Positions 28,536 to 41,269 of a DNA stretch of 64,000 nucleotides are shown here, one piece after another; the first letter of the stretch is position 1, and each line of letters begins with the position of its first letter. The translations under genes and the position numbers were made by a program. The notes below the pieces were generated by a model, which saw only the letters and a program-made list of their open reading frames with translations, was not told the DNA's origin and made no database searches. The DNA comes from Hydrolagus colliei. Taxonomy: Eukaryota. The DNA is taken from NCBI GenBank assembly GCA_035084275.1, contig CM068757.1:5146001-5210000 (forward strand), in the 5' to 3' direction.

Positions 28536-31015
28536 GTTTGCTTACCACTTGACTAGGGTAATTATTGGTGGTCAAGTGGTAAACAACTGGAACATTCAAC
28601 GTAATCCTGGCTGGAAGGTTGCTGTCTGCCACAAAGTGCATTAAATTAGAGGCTTTGAGACATCCGGTCAACGTGAAAGGCAAATGTAATTTTTTTTTGC
28701 ACCTTTCATCCTTAGGTGAGCCAGAATGGACCCAGCCATTGTGATTTAAATTCCGAATTCCAGTTGCTTAACATATCTAGAAATGGGTAAATCTCATGTT
28801 ATTGTGTGGATTGTCATTGGTTTGGATGTCATCATTGCGGGAGCTGTGGTAGCGTACAGCTGTACAGCTCAGTCATGTGAATTTATCCAGACTTCGTCTG
28901 ATAAATAAAACATTTATTGTCATGAGCCAAAATTTGCAGACAAAAGCTACACACAAAAAGCTACACACTGCTTTATAAAATCTTGCAAATTACTACACAT
29001 GTTTAACTCAGCGAAACATTAATCCCAAATTTCATTTATCTCGACATCTCACTTATTCCTTGAGATGTATATTGTTTAAATGGACAGGGTTTTTTTTCTG
29101 CCTGTAATTGTCAATGAGAGACTCTTTCCACACATAGGGATAAATCTCTGTGCTCTACATTTGTTGATGTGAGCTGAATGCTATTCTCCCTGTTCAGTAA
29201 TGTTTACTGTGTTGTTTATATATCTATAACTCTAATGTGGTTTTAACACGGCATTAAAGATATAAAATGCTGCTTTAAAATCATGTTGGAATTATTTGAT
29301 GCTTTCATCAATTATTTGATGGCTTTCAAGAACAAATCCCCCAAACATCAATAATATCTCACCACCCCACATCACTGAATGTGCAATCTTGAGCTCAGTC
29401 ACCTACAGAGGGGGTTAACATATGCTGATCACTTCAAATAGACACATTTTTCAACAGGCTTCTTTGATTCTCGATCAGAATAGAACCTTTTCTACGGCCA
29501 TTTCACTCATTCTGAAATGAATTGGTTGGGTTCGGTACCTGAGAGTAGATTATCTTCCTTCTCAAAACTGTCAGCGATATGCAGAAGAGACATAGTCAAT
29601 CGTGATTTACTTTTTAAAATTAGTAGCTGATGATCGATAATGTGAAGGTAAATATTATGGACTTGGACCCATTTCACTGTCCAGCAAAATAATTTCATTT
29701 TGACTCCAGGTGACTCAGTCCTTCAGGTCATGATACTTTATGCTGTATATCAGTATCTGACTATACCTTTGAGACTGTGCAGTTGTAGTGAAGTACTTTG
29801 AATTAAACAGTGGCTTAAACACAGCTGTAATTATGTTACACCACAGGATTGTCTAGGACTAAATCATTTTTATTTTTCATTCAAACCAAATTCGATTTTA
29901 TAACATGATATCATACATTTTGCAAAGCTCCCATGCATATAATGGCTTACAACAAGCCGGAGAAGAATTTTAATTTAATGTGTTAATTATGCAGTCTTTC
30001 AAATTCCATACAATGTAAATCTGCTACTACTAGATTCACAATATCACAATTTAGACAAATAATGAATTAAGAATTTAGAGTTATAATTATATTTTATGTT
30101 GCATTTAATGCTTTTATGTGAATCTGTATAAATCTGTTGCTTCATTCAATTTAAGAACACTAAGATGGAGGGCAGGTGGAATAGTAGGTCACCACACTAT
30201 ACTTCTATCTTAAGACCTACTTTAACAATCCATCCCAGATATGTGGGCAACAATCACACACAGGTCTTTCGGATCTCAAATCTGTTCCCCTGTGATTGTA
30301 TCAAACAATATCAATAAAGCCGTATAGTTCTTCAATTTTAGTAGCGAACAGGAATTGAGGTCAGTGACCACCATTTTATTGTGTTTCTTTGTAATGCAAG
30401 ACCTGGGGATTTGGACTCAGACATGCTTTATCTATTGCATGCTTTTTGATTGAAGCCCTGCTCAATTCAGAAATTGCAAGCTTACAATGATTTGTAGCAA
30501 AAATCGGATTAGTGGCAGAATAACTGTATTCTATGGGAGGAGATAAAATAAAACACTGGTAGGTTTTGTGTCCTTTGTTGTGGGATAGGTATTGGGATTT
30601 ACTATTGCAAGTGTATGCTTTCAAAGAGTTTAAACTGCAGGGATTTCCGACCATACTTTTTAATAAGGGAAATGAATGGGGGACTCCTTCAAGTCATCAG
30701 ACATGCATTGACAAGTATACAGTCACTACAGTTTACAGTTTATCGTGTGAAGCACCTTGAGATGCCCTCTTGAAGTGAAAGTTGCTGTATGAAAAGTAAG
30801 GATGGTTATTGCTAATGAATTACACCAACTATCTAGAACTTTAAAAGTAGATTATAGCAGCACAAAGCTCCAGCGGATTCAGATGATGTACTTCCAATTT
30901 CCTTGTACAATATTGCTTTACACTTTTATATACATCAGACCTCAAAAACAGTACTCAATTCACAAAACATGGCGCTTTTGCCAATATGAGCTTGATGTTA
31001 ATGTTAATATTAATA

Positions 31016-31260
31016 GCCTAATAATAAGCCATACTGAAAAAAATTTCAGCTCAATCCACGACTGTTTGTGGGACACCACTGCGCACAGTTGGCTGCCACG
31101 TTTCGCCCACAAATATACAGTCAATTCACTTTACAGTATATTCTGTGAAGCGCTTTGAGACGTCTAGAAGCGTGAAAAGCAGCATATCAAAATGCAAGGA
31201 TTATTATTATTACTATTATTATTATTAGTATTATTTTTATTATTAGTAGTAGTAGTATTA
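31016..31260 (+). mobile_element. 5'-truncated tRNA-SINE with expanded (TTA)n/(TAG)n tail
   Basis: caatccacgactgtttgtgggacac...aatgcaagga followed by ~60 bp trinucleotide tail. Confidence 0.93.
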
Positions 31261-32335
31261 GGAGTGCTAACTACGCTGCGAGATGAATGGGAGAAAACAT
31301 TTTCAATCCATCTGTCAGACAATAATTTCCGAATTACCATTGTTCTGTGCAGGTCTGAATTTGAGATCAAATTTTAGCAGATGCTTGCTCCACACTTGCG
31401 CTCCCACATGCTATACTTTGGGAATAGTCATTTATATAGTATCTGAGCAATGCATTCAATGCGCTAGAATGGCATACGGAGAGATATTTTTGGCACTGAA
31501 TTGCAAAACATTTGTTCCAAGCGTCAGTGCCAGAATACCTAGTTCTACCCATTTTTCAAAATTAAATCAATCTGTAACATTCACAACTCACACAGGAGGA
31601 AAGCTCTGTACAGTGGGATTTATTGTGATAGATGTTTCGCGGAATTCAACGAGAATGTACAGATGACGTGGTGACTCCTGGAATTTGGTTAGAAATCAAT
31701 TATTGCCTTCATCTCACAGTGGGGGGGTCACCGCCTCTGTGTGATTTTCGACTGCCTGCTTGTGGAGTCCGCCACGCAATTGGATTGACTTAATTTGCCA
31801 CCTAGGTGTTTGTTGTCAGCGTCTCGGGATGCTCTCTCGACGTGACAGGCACTCTCTACATGTAATTTTGTTGTCGTTGTCATTATCTGCGGAACATGTA
31901 GCATAAAATAACAGGGCTCGATCTGAAGAGTCAATCCCTCTATTGCTTGTGACATGTGAGTTTCCCGGGCCCTCGCATCAACACCCACCGCCCCCCGCCT
32001 CCAGCAGTTTCTTTCTGTAACATATTTGGTCGAAACTGCAAAAATTCTCTATTTTTAGAATGATCCGCATGTTCTGCTGTTTTCAGGCCTTACAACACTA
32101 AACACAACTGACATCTCATAGGTGAAGAGGTTGAGGGCACCACTGCAAATGTGAAGGTAATGAGTTCATGCTCCACAGCATTATTTGGTTGAAATGCCTG
32201 GTTCGGGTTGGAGGTAGGTAGAAACTAACACGAAAAAAAAGAACTATCCTTGGGGCAGAGGTTGGGGATAGTGGAGATAAACACAGATTAGTTTACCCCA
32301 ATGATCTGATAGCCCTAATGTTATATCAAACTGAT

Positions 32336-32645
32336 TGTGGAGTCCTGTAGCACAGTGGTGAGAGCACTCGCCTTACAAGCGAGAGACCTGGGTTCAATTC
32401 CAGGCAGGGTGAAACCTTGGGCAAGTTTCCTTACTCCACACGCCTAATAATAATCCCTCAAAAAAAACAATAATTTCAATCCATGACTCTTCGTGGGGCA
32501 CTGCTGTGCGCAATTGGCTGCCGCATTTCACCCACAAACATACAGTCAATTTACTTTACAGTATAGTTTGTGAAGCGCTTTGAGACGTCTGGAAGACTTG
32601 AAAAGTGCTATACCAAATGCAAGGATTATTATTATTATTATTATT
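32336..32645 (+). mobile_element. Full-length tRNA-derived SINE
   Basis: A box tagcacagtgg, anticodon-like arm CTCGC-CTTACAA-GCGAG, B box ggttcaattcc, CORE-like ccttgggcaagt, (ATT)n tail. Confidence 0.96.
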
Positions 32646-32814
32646 GTCTTGGGTTATATCGTACTCTATCCTGAAGGAAATGGATGGAAATTTTATAAAA
32701 TAACTCCAGTGTCATCAGCTGTCAGTGCTGCACAATAAAATCATAATAATACAATGATCCTTGCATTTGATGCAGTGTGTTTTATATCGAGAGGACATCT
32801 CAGCGGCTACAAAC

Positions 32815-33060
32815 CAGTGTCGGTCTGGATCAGTTGATGGCACTCTTGCTTCTGAGTGAGAAGGCTATGGGTTGAAGTCCCACATTGGAACTATGAACTC
32901 ATGTACACTACATTGCAAAGAAGTCCTGAGGATGTTTGTTACATTATTAGAGGTGCTGTTCAGTTGTTAACCCAAGGCTTTGTTTGAGTGTTCAGGTGGA
33001 AGGTGAGGATTCGATAACACTACTCAAAAATAGAATGGATTTTCTCGCGTGTGTATTATT
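32815..33060 (+). mobile_element. DeuSINE (SacSINE1-like) 5' part
   Basis: tcagttgatggcactcttgcttctgagtgagaaggctatgggttgaagtcccac head; gaggtgctg...caggtggaag...gattcgataacacta Deu-like segment. Confidence 0.7.
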
Positions 33061-36000
33061 ATTGCCCTGTGGAGGTAAAATTATTTTGTCTAGATGTTGT
33101 ATCTTTGTTACAAAAATCTTAAAACTGGTATCTGTTGTCGCCCTGTGCCATCAGTGTTTCCTTCACTGTGGATTTTTCTATAGGGATTCACTTGCCTTAG
33201 CTAATAGGTATACATATAGCCCTGTGAGCACATCTTGTCCTATTCGTTGAGGACTGTAATTTTTCCACTGGAACTGGTGTTACACTTCACCTGAAACTCT
33301 GATTAAGGGGCTATCCAGGGGCGACTAACCAGGCCAGTTAGATATGATGCTTACTTGGGCAGGGACAACCATATCCTGAGGTTATAACTTATATATCATT
33401 TTAAGACATCTTGAAGTTGTAATGCGCTCAGTTATTTCTCGGTTGCCTGCCGCACTGGTTTTCTTGGGGAATAGGAAGCCCGCAGTACTGGAAGCACAAG
33501 ACATTGCACAATCCCTTCCGTGTGAAACTATTCTGCAGTAAAAGCACCACAAGCCAAACACAAGTTCTACTCCCAACAGACAATCTGCACAACCTTTGCT
33601 ACCTCGCTTCACACAAACTGCACTTTCAATTACAAAGAGTTTGAGGGCAACAGTAATGGCAACATGTATAACTCTTAAGACTTTTTGTAAACGGGTCCAA
33701 GTTATATAGCAATCTACCTCCCGCGCTCGTGTTCAGTGCACTGCTCGTGGGTCATAACTGCAAACTGTGCATGTTTCTGGACTTTACTGGATTTGTATTT
33801 TGAGTGTTCATGGCTTCTTCATGGCATCATTCTGCAATGTCCTGTCCAAAGTGTGGCTATAAAATGTGATTCCGGCTTGTGGTGTACATAAGTAAACTCA
33901 ATGTGTGCATAGTGTCTCACTGTCTTGTGTCTGCATGTTCAACTCTACCTATCCTCCTTTTCATACTCGTTTGCAGAGCAATATACATATATACAATCTA
34001 ATTGCTTATGTAATCATAAACACAAAAAGAAATGAGAAGTCCATTACTAAATATTGCTCACCATCTGTTACTGACTAAATGGATGTGCTAACTCGGGAAG
34101 AGTGAAATTGTGATTTCCAGGAAACTGACTTGCAATATGTATTTCTTTCTTTCTTTCGAGAAAATGCATTTCTTTCAAGGTTTGTTTTGTGCCAATATGA
34201 GAGTGAAATATATTAATTAGGAAGCTTTATGCATTCACATTTTAGGCCCTAATCAATCTTTCTTCCCTAACCTCTTTCTACACAAAATTTGGGTAGAAAA
34301 CTAAAAGCTTTGCTACAGTTCCCTCATGTAGCGATGACCTCAGTCCCATTCGTCTACTTAAAATCAAAAGGTTGACTTTTATCTCTCGTTCTCATCATGT
34401 TTTGCACAGTTCATATTGGATTCAAAGCCCTTTGCACAAGCTCCCTTAATGTGTTGAGTGCTAAGCTTTTCAATAGCTGTTTTGCCATTTATGGTTAAGG
34501 TTCAACTTTCACGCTGTGAAGTATCATCCTTTGAGGTCTGTTCGATCGCAGGATTGGGAATATAAATGCCTTAATCTTTCAATAAGAGAAGTTACAATAT
34601 GCCGGTCATTGGCAGTGCTGTTGAATAGAATTGAAAGGTTTTGTATTCCTTTTAGTTCCATGCTATTTCTTTTCTTCCTGCTGCTAAACATTTCTTTCCT
34701 CCTTATAATCATCTCTTTCGGCTACACAGGCTTGACACCCTCAAGCTCACTTAATGCCAAATGCAATCAAAGTAGTTCTCCCTCTGTGATGGAACGTCTT
34801 GCATCTTTGTGGCTTTCCATCCAGTTCTCCAACTGAGTACAGTACTAATGGGGCTCTCCCAGCAGGTCTGCTTGTCATAGAACTGGAGACCTAGCCGTCA
34901 GCAATTGAATGCTTGCTGCAGCACTTAAACTGCCAACTTCCCTCTTCCGTTTTATTTACGACGCCAACAATTTTACTCAGTTTGGTCTCTCTGCGTGATG
35001 CATATCTTGATGAATGCGCGGTTCATCATATCATTGACACTGTCTTGTTTTGGACTAACTACATTGGGTCCTTTCCAACTGGAATTACATGTATTTACAC
35101 AGAGTAATCATCTAGCTGGAACACTAGCAAGTCACCAGGAGGTTACGGTCGAGGCCGGGACACAAGACTCATTTAAGCAACTGTTTCAACCCTGGAATGA
35201 GATGGTGTGGTTGGCATGTCTGGATGATGGGTTTATGAAAAGTATGAAAATTAATATCTACCCACCTGCTGTCATTCTGCAGTTATAGCAGCTATGTGTG
35301 GTCTGAACACAGTGGTGTGAAGGGGAAGTGTAAGACTGGACTTTTTCTGCCATTGTGGTTATGCATATTACATGAGCTCCTTTAGCATTTGTAATGTTTC
35401 TGCTCAATATCTGCCAAGTCTTCAACAGGTTTTAAAATGCAGAAAGCAGCCACACTGCAATGCTCTGCAAAACAAAACAAAAAACCCACAATTAAGCAAT
35501 GCAAAATGTGAGCTGCACTTTGGTTGAGAATCTTAGAAAAGCCGTTGAAAGTATAGCCCTGGATTACAACCAAAATATTTCCACATTATCTATGAGAATC
35601 TCTATTAAAAGTAATACATTTCCACTGCTCCCTCTGCAGATGTCAACGGAGGATGAGTATACTGCTCGTTTTGATAAAGCTGCTGCTATGGTCCATTATC
35701 TACTTTCTCTTATTTACAGCCATTAATAACAGGCAGCATTGATGTCTGATGTGACTCATGTTTCTTGGTGGCATTATTGGATTTCTTTGTTTGCTCTTTG
35801 ACTGTCTGCATTGCCAACACTTCTAATTCATTATAACCCCACTGTTTTATTTCATGAAATAGGTATAACCCCCTAGTTTTTCTTAATTCCTATTTGTCAG
35901 ATTTATTCTGTTCTCAGATAAATCAGCCACTGGTTCTTATCTGAAACAGATGGCTCTTCCTAATATTGTAATTCTGAAGACTCCGTTTTTGTTTGTTTCT

Positions 36001-37252
36001 GTTCTACTTCCTCTGATCTAACATTTCGTGCGTGCGTGCGTGTGTTTGTGTGCCTTTTAAACCATTAACTAAACTGCCTTTTAAAGATTTTGCTTGTTTA
36101 AAATTAGAAGTCTGTAGCATTTTTCATGCATGCATAATGAACGTGTCAGTGAATCCAGCTCCCCACAGTCAGGATTGTGTTTAATGGCCCCAAGGATCCT
36201 GGAGGGTATTAAGGATACTATACACTGCACATCTTAATGGCTTGGTGTGAGTTATTCCGGAGTATAAGAAATAGATAAGAAATAGTTAGTTACCTTCTGA
36301 GATGAGGGTTTTGGAAAAGGATAGCCTCAGCATCCCTTCCAATCTGGTTCAACAACAATGACAACAAATTACATTTGTATAACAGACTGAGGTGCACCCT
36401 GTCACAAATTAACTCTTCCCCTGTGTCACCTAATCTAAACACAGAGTTGCTTTCTGAACAGTGAAAGGATTCCACTGTCCTTTTTTGTGGATGTAGAAGT
36501 GAACATGCAATGCCCAATATAGAAACATAACTTTCTTTAATAGATGGTATTGCCAAACTTCCTCCTTCTTCTGCTCCCTCCACTCTCCAACTGAGTGGAT
36601 GATGATATTCAGAGGATTTGATCAAACCTAAAAATGTAGGTCACTTGACTGGCTTTTCGCTCCCACTTCTTGTTCTTTTGAAAGTGTAAAACATGCACTG
36701 TAACCTCTGTGTTTATAATCAGTGCTTTACACCTTTATGTATTCCTGAGCCTCATTTATTGGTGTTGATTATGCTAATAAAATGTTAATGATAACAATGA
36801 CCTTTATATTCCTTATGGTTTTTTTAAAAAAATCTGGTTATTAACATCTCGATTTGTATAAGATTAATTGAATTTTATGTGTTTCCATGCCACCCACAAT
36901 AGTGACTGACTGACTAATATGCCCGGCTTGCCTCAATCCTGGCCTGCTGCAAACTGGTAGACTCAATTTCACAAATTCAAATAGGATCCTTACGCTTGAG
37001 TAAACAGTCCATTCGTCACTTATCTACGCGACTTCCTTCCAGCATCCGAAACCTGATTACACTGTCCAGTCTTATTAGGATAATACCATGGTAATTATTG
37101 CTTGAGTAGTTAACAGTGGTGAATAGGGGGCAAGGCCGAAACTGAGATGAGAACTCGAATTGATAGGGATTTATGAATTTTTGCCCAGTTTGAGCTGTTT
37201 TGAATTCTGGTTGACATTTTTTTTAATTGAAAATCACAAATTGTTGCTCGGT

Positions 37253-37576
37253 ATAATAATAATAAATCTTGCATTTGATATAGCGCTTTTCACAACTGAT
37301 CAATGTCTCAAAGTGCTTCACAAGATATACCGTAAAGTGAATTGACTGTATATTTGTGGGCGAAACGCGGCAGCCAATTGCACATAGCAGTGTCCCACAA
37401 ATAGTCGTGGATTGAAAATGACCAATTTTTATTATTGTGGGTTTTTTGGACATATTATTATTAGGCGTGTGGAGTAAGGAAACTTGCCCAAAGTTTCATC
37501 CTGACCTGCCAGGATTCGAACACAGGTCTCACACTTGTAAGGCAAGTGCTCTAACCATTGAGCTACAGGAGCTCCA
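37253..37576 (-). mobile_element. Full-length tRNA-derived SINE
   Basis: Reverse-complement match to 32336-32645 and 52857-53180. Confidence 0.95.
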
Positions 37577-37868
37577 ATACACTTATGTTTTTCCACTTTC
37601 ATAGCAGGCTGCTGTGGTGGGGGGGTGAGAGTGGGGTGGAAGTGCAGAGTGAGGATTGTGAATAATATTAATAATGAGCCTTGCAATTTGATACAGCGCC
37701 TCTCACATTGTGAGGATGTGTCAAAATGCGCAGTTATGCCACTGCATTGGTAACTGTACAAGCCCAAGGTATGTGCTCACACTGGCTCACTGAGGTTCTC
37801 ATGCTGATAATACCTTGCCTGTTCTTGTCCTCATACACCAGCCAAAGAAATGATAGGCTTTTTATGTA

Positions 37869-38011
37869 CAATTTCCAGGCAGGGTGAAACCTTGGGCAAG
37901 TTTTGCCCACATATATACAGTCAATTCACTTTACAGTATATTCTGTGAAGCGCTTTGAGACGTCTAAAAGATGTGAAAAGCGCTCTATCAAATACAAGGA
38001 TTATTATTATT
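37869..38011 (+). mobile_element. tRNA-SINE with 5' truncation and internal deletion
   Basis: ccaggcagggtgaaaccttgggcaagttt joined directly to tgcccaca...aaggattattattatt. Confidence 0.92.
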
Positions 38012-41000
38012 GATCCAAATCAGGAAGGTAAAATGCTCTGATGAGGCTGCTCATTAAGTAATCTGTTTAGTGACTATAATTGAAGCAAACGGCAACCTTC
38101 TTCTTCATCATCTCTTCCGCTGGACTCAATTTTGACTTGTTCTCTTAAGCACAATTATCATGCTGTCTTTCTCATGCGTTTCCAAAGTAAAATATTTATC
38201 TTAGAATCCATGCCTGGATTCAAACCCAGAGGTAAACGGACCTTGTTCTTGACATCTGTGCTGATAGTTTACCAATAGCTGGCTACGGGTGATATGTGAG
38301 CACCGTATCGTTTGAAAATTGCAAGCGGAATTTAGTGCACTATGTATTCAGCGCTAGCCACAAGTGTGAAAACAACCAAAGGGCGTATAAGATAATCTGA
38401 CGTCATTTTCAAATCTGCAAGCAATAGAGGTTACCACTAGTGCAGCATACAGCCTTGTGAGCTTCGCAGTACGGACCTGAGGAATATGAAATGAGAAAAG
38501 CTGAAATAGCCCCTAGTTTGTAATGATTTAGAAGTATTGAAGATAGCGTATCTGGCTCATGTGGACTAATAAAAATAACTATATTAGTTAGGGCAGAGGT
38601 AGTCAGATTTGACTTGTCCTCATCACTGCTCAATTTCTAATATCAGCAAGCAGTGGCAATTCTATTAAAAACCTTTAAAGGAATCTTAAACCATTGCTGG
38701 TTTGATGAGGACTCAATATGACACTGCATCAGATGAAAGCCAAGCATCAGTGTCAGTATTGGATAACAAGCCACAATTACTGTTCCTACAGAAAAGATCT
38801 TATCAAGATATCAGTTATCTTGTCACTAAATGGAAAATTGGCACACTTTTGTAAAAAAAAGTGATATATAATGTAAAACTCACAGGAGATTATATGTTTT
38901 GAAACAAAGCACCCTATTCTATACAGAGTAGGCAATTGAGAAAATCGTAGGCAGCACCATCTGTGATACTAAGGTGAGATGACACATCATAATCTTCTCA
39001 TCTTTTAAGAACGGGACATTAACACACTCTGAAGCTTTTGGAATGTGCCTTTGGGCCTTTCATGGATGATTAATAGGACAGACTACAGGGGAAAAAAAAG
39101 GAGTGCAAAGTCACCTTACATCACTAGGATCTGCGACAGCATTGAAAAATGTGTTTGATAATTTACTCCTCAGAGAAATTTAGTGGCACAGAAATGAACT
39201 GCAGAATGGATTAAACAAAATCTCAATTCCACATTATCAAATGTCACAAATTGCACTCTATGCTACTCTATAAAGTGTGACAATTCTTCTACCTCCACCA
39301 AAACACTAAAAACACACAACAGAAGTGTTTCTGTCTGTCCTCCACTCCCATGTTTTCAAAATATCAGAAGTAATTATCTCAAATTTCTCACCCTGCAATA
39401 TACATATACTCATGCCCTCTCGAAAAGTGTTGCTTGCGCTTAGAGCAGTCATGTCTTGCGTTGTGCGGAAATGACGTACAGTGAAGCCATCACTATTTCT
39501 TCCCACCATTGAAAGAGCGCATTCAGCCTCCAAGATTTAAAATGTTTCTCTTTCTCTTTCCAGGCACAAGAAAGCCTAACAATGAGCAAGTGCTGCGGAT
39601 GGCAAGACCTGTACTTCACTCCTTTTTAACTGGTGAGGAATATACTGACTGTATTCATTTGGGGTTTCCTGAAGATTTCCTTAACTGTAGCACCAGCTCC
39701 TCGGAAAGAAAAGGATAGAAACAACTTGATGAATTGTGAGCTCTGCCAGTGTGACACAGATGGTGATGTTGAGTACTGATAAATTTTGAGCTTTGTTTTG
39801 CGCTTTTGCTTCCCTCCCAAATAAATCAAAGTACAGTAGTTATCAAGTAGAAGTACTTCCAAAATGTACACCCATGTTGTACTGTAAGATCTGCATCGCA
39901 CTTCTTTCAGATACTCTGGATGAAATGGTTCCTTACTGTTCAAAACTACTTAAGAGGCATGGAGATAGTTAAATCTGTGCTGTGAATGAGCCTTGTGTTA
40001 TCAGACCTTACCTGGTGTTTCAATAGAAAAAGAAGAAGATCTATACATTTGGTAAGTGCAAAGGATGTCTCAAAGTGCTTTACAGGATAAACTGAGATGA
40101 TATTTATGGACAGAATACTGCCGTTTCTTGAAACTGGTAGAAAAATTAAGATGAATGATATGCAAATACTGTACCTGTTAGGATAGTTCTTTCTCCCACT
40201 AACAGCCATATGGTTTCTGGCCAGTACAGTGCACCTCATTAACCAGATCCAGTAGAAATTGTGCTTGTCAAATACCTGGCTCTGTATTCTAATTTACACT
40301 GAGATTAGACAGGGAATATATTGTATTTATTTTTATTTTAAATTTTAACAGGAATCTTAAGAAAGAAACATTGCCTCAATAGCAATCGAATATACATGCA
40401 ATAACCTGTGCTAGAACTGTAGTAACCAAGTGTTGTGGGAAAGTATTTTATAAAGCTGCCTTCTTACACGGGTTTCGTGTTATCGATTTATATTAATGAA
40501 CGTACTATTAAAAGGAATGTGAAAACCCTTCTTTTTGCTATTAATAAAATATGACTCTTGAATTAATCATTAATTCCAACAATTTTAGATTCACAACGGT
40601 TTATTTTTGGATCGACTTGCATTTGTCTGTATTTTACTTCCAGTGAGGCCACTCCTATCATTCATCAACACTGCTTCCTCCGCAGCTGGGAGGGAGGCGA
40701 GGTGAGGTCAGGCTAGACTTCACTGCAAACTTTGGTCAGTTGTCATCTCTCCTGTGATGAGGCAAAAGGAGGTGTTCACCTGTGGCTAGGAATCAATTTT
40801 GCTCATTTTTCTTCCTCACCTTTTCCTCCCACTCCACAATAGAATCCTCTGGCTTCCAGCAAACGCTTGATGTGTTGGGACTGCTGACAACTAAGAAATC
40901 TCATCTAAAGTTAGAGTTCATTCCGAGGATGCTCAAATTGAAAAGTCCATCATTCCATCGCTGTTGTTGTCAATCAACCATTTTTCATGAATGTAAAAGC

Positions 41001-41269
41001 AAGTGCGGCGCTCAAAATACTCAAGACAAAATTGTCACATATATAGAGCAATTCGTGAAACGTTTTTGGGGGGGAGCAGAAAAAGTATAGGAAAGAGTGT
41101 ATTCATCTTTTTCCCAAGAAATGTTCAACCAATTGTTGCCCTTGAGATGCTGTAGAGAAGAGCAGCAGTGCTGATTCTCAGTCTTAGAAGGATCACCAGT
41201 GAGTAAGTGAGTTCTAGCAAAGCTAGGGTTCTTTAACCTCGGAAAGAGACGTCTTGCAGTGCATATTAG

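Noticed and set aside
28591-28620. miR-181 (AACATTCAACG) or miR-26-like sequence
   Set aside because: Only 11 nt match miR-181a before diverging, the miR-26 similarity needs an insertion in the seed, and no matching star arm is present.
32338-32410. tRNA-Val(TAC) gene (also at 50668, 52859 and minus-strand copies)
   Set aside because: It has A/B boxes and an anticodon arm but no proper acceptor stem, and it continues into the SINE body and tail; these are SINE heads.
33270-33700. Possible Harbinger-like transposon (end cttaagactttttgtaaacgggtcc)
   Set aside because: Only one terminus-like sequence; no matching TIR or TSD found.
38038-38060. Other CTGATGA occurrences as hammerheads (also ~7218, ~10680, ~63591)
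   Set aside because: No stem II followed by GAAA.
39562-39632. Plus-strand exon (ttccag|...|gtgagg)
   Set aside because: The splice signals are plausible, but the peptide is unrecognisable and no partner exons could be linked; insufficient support.
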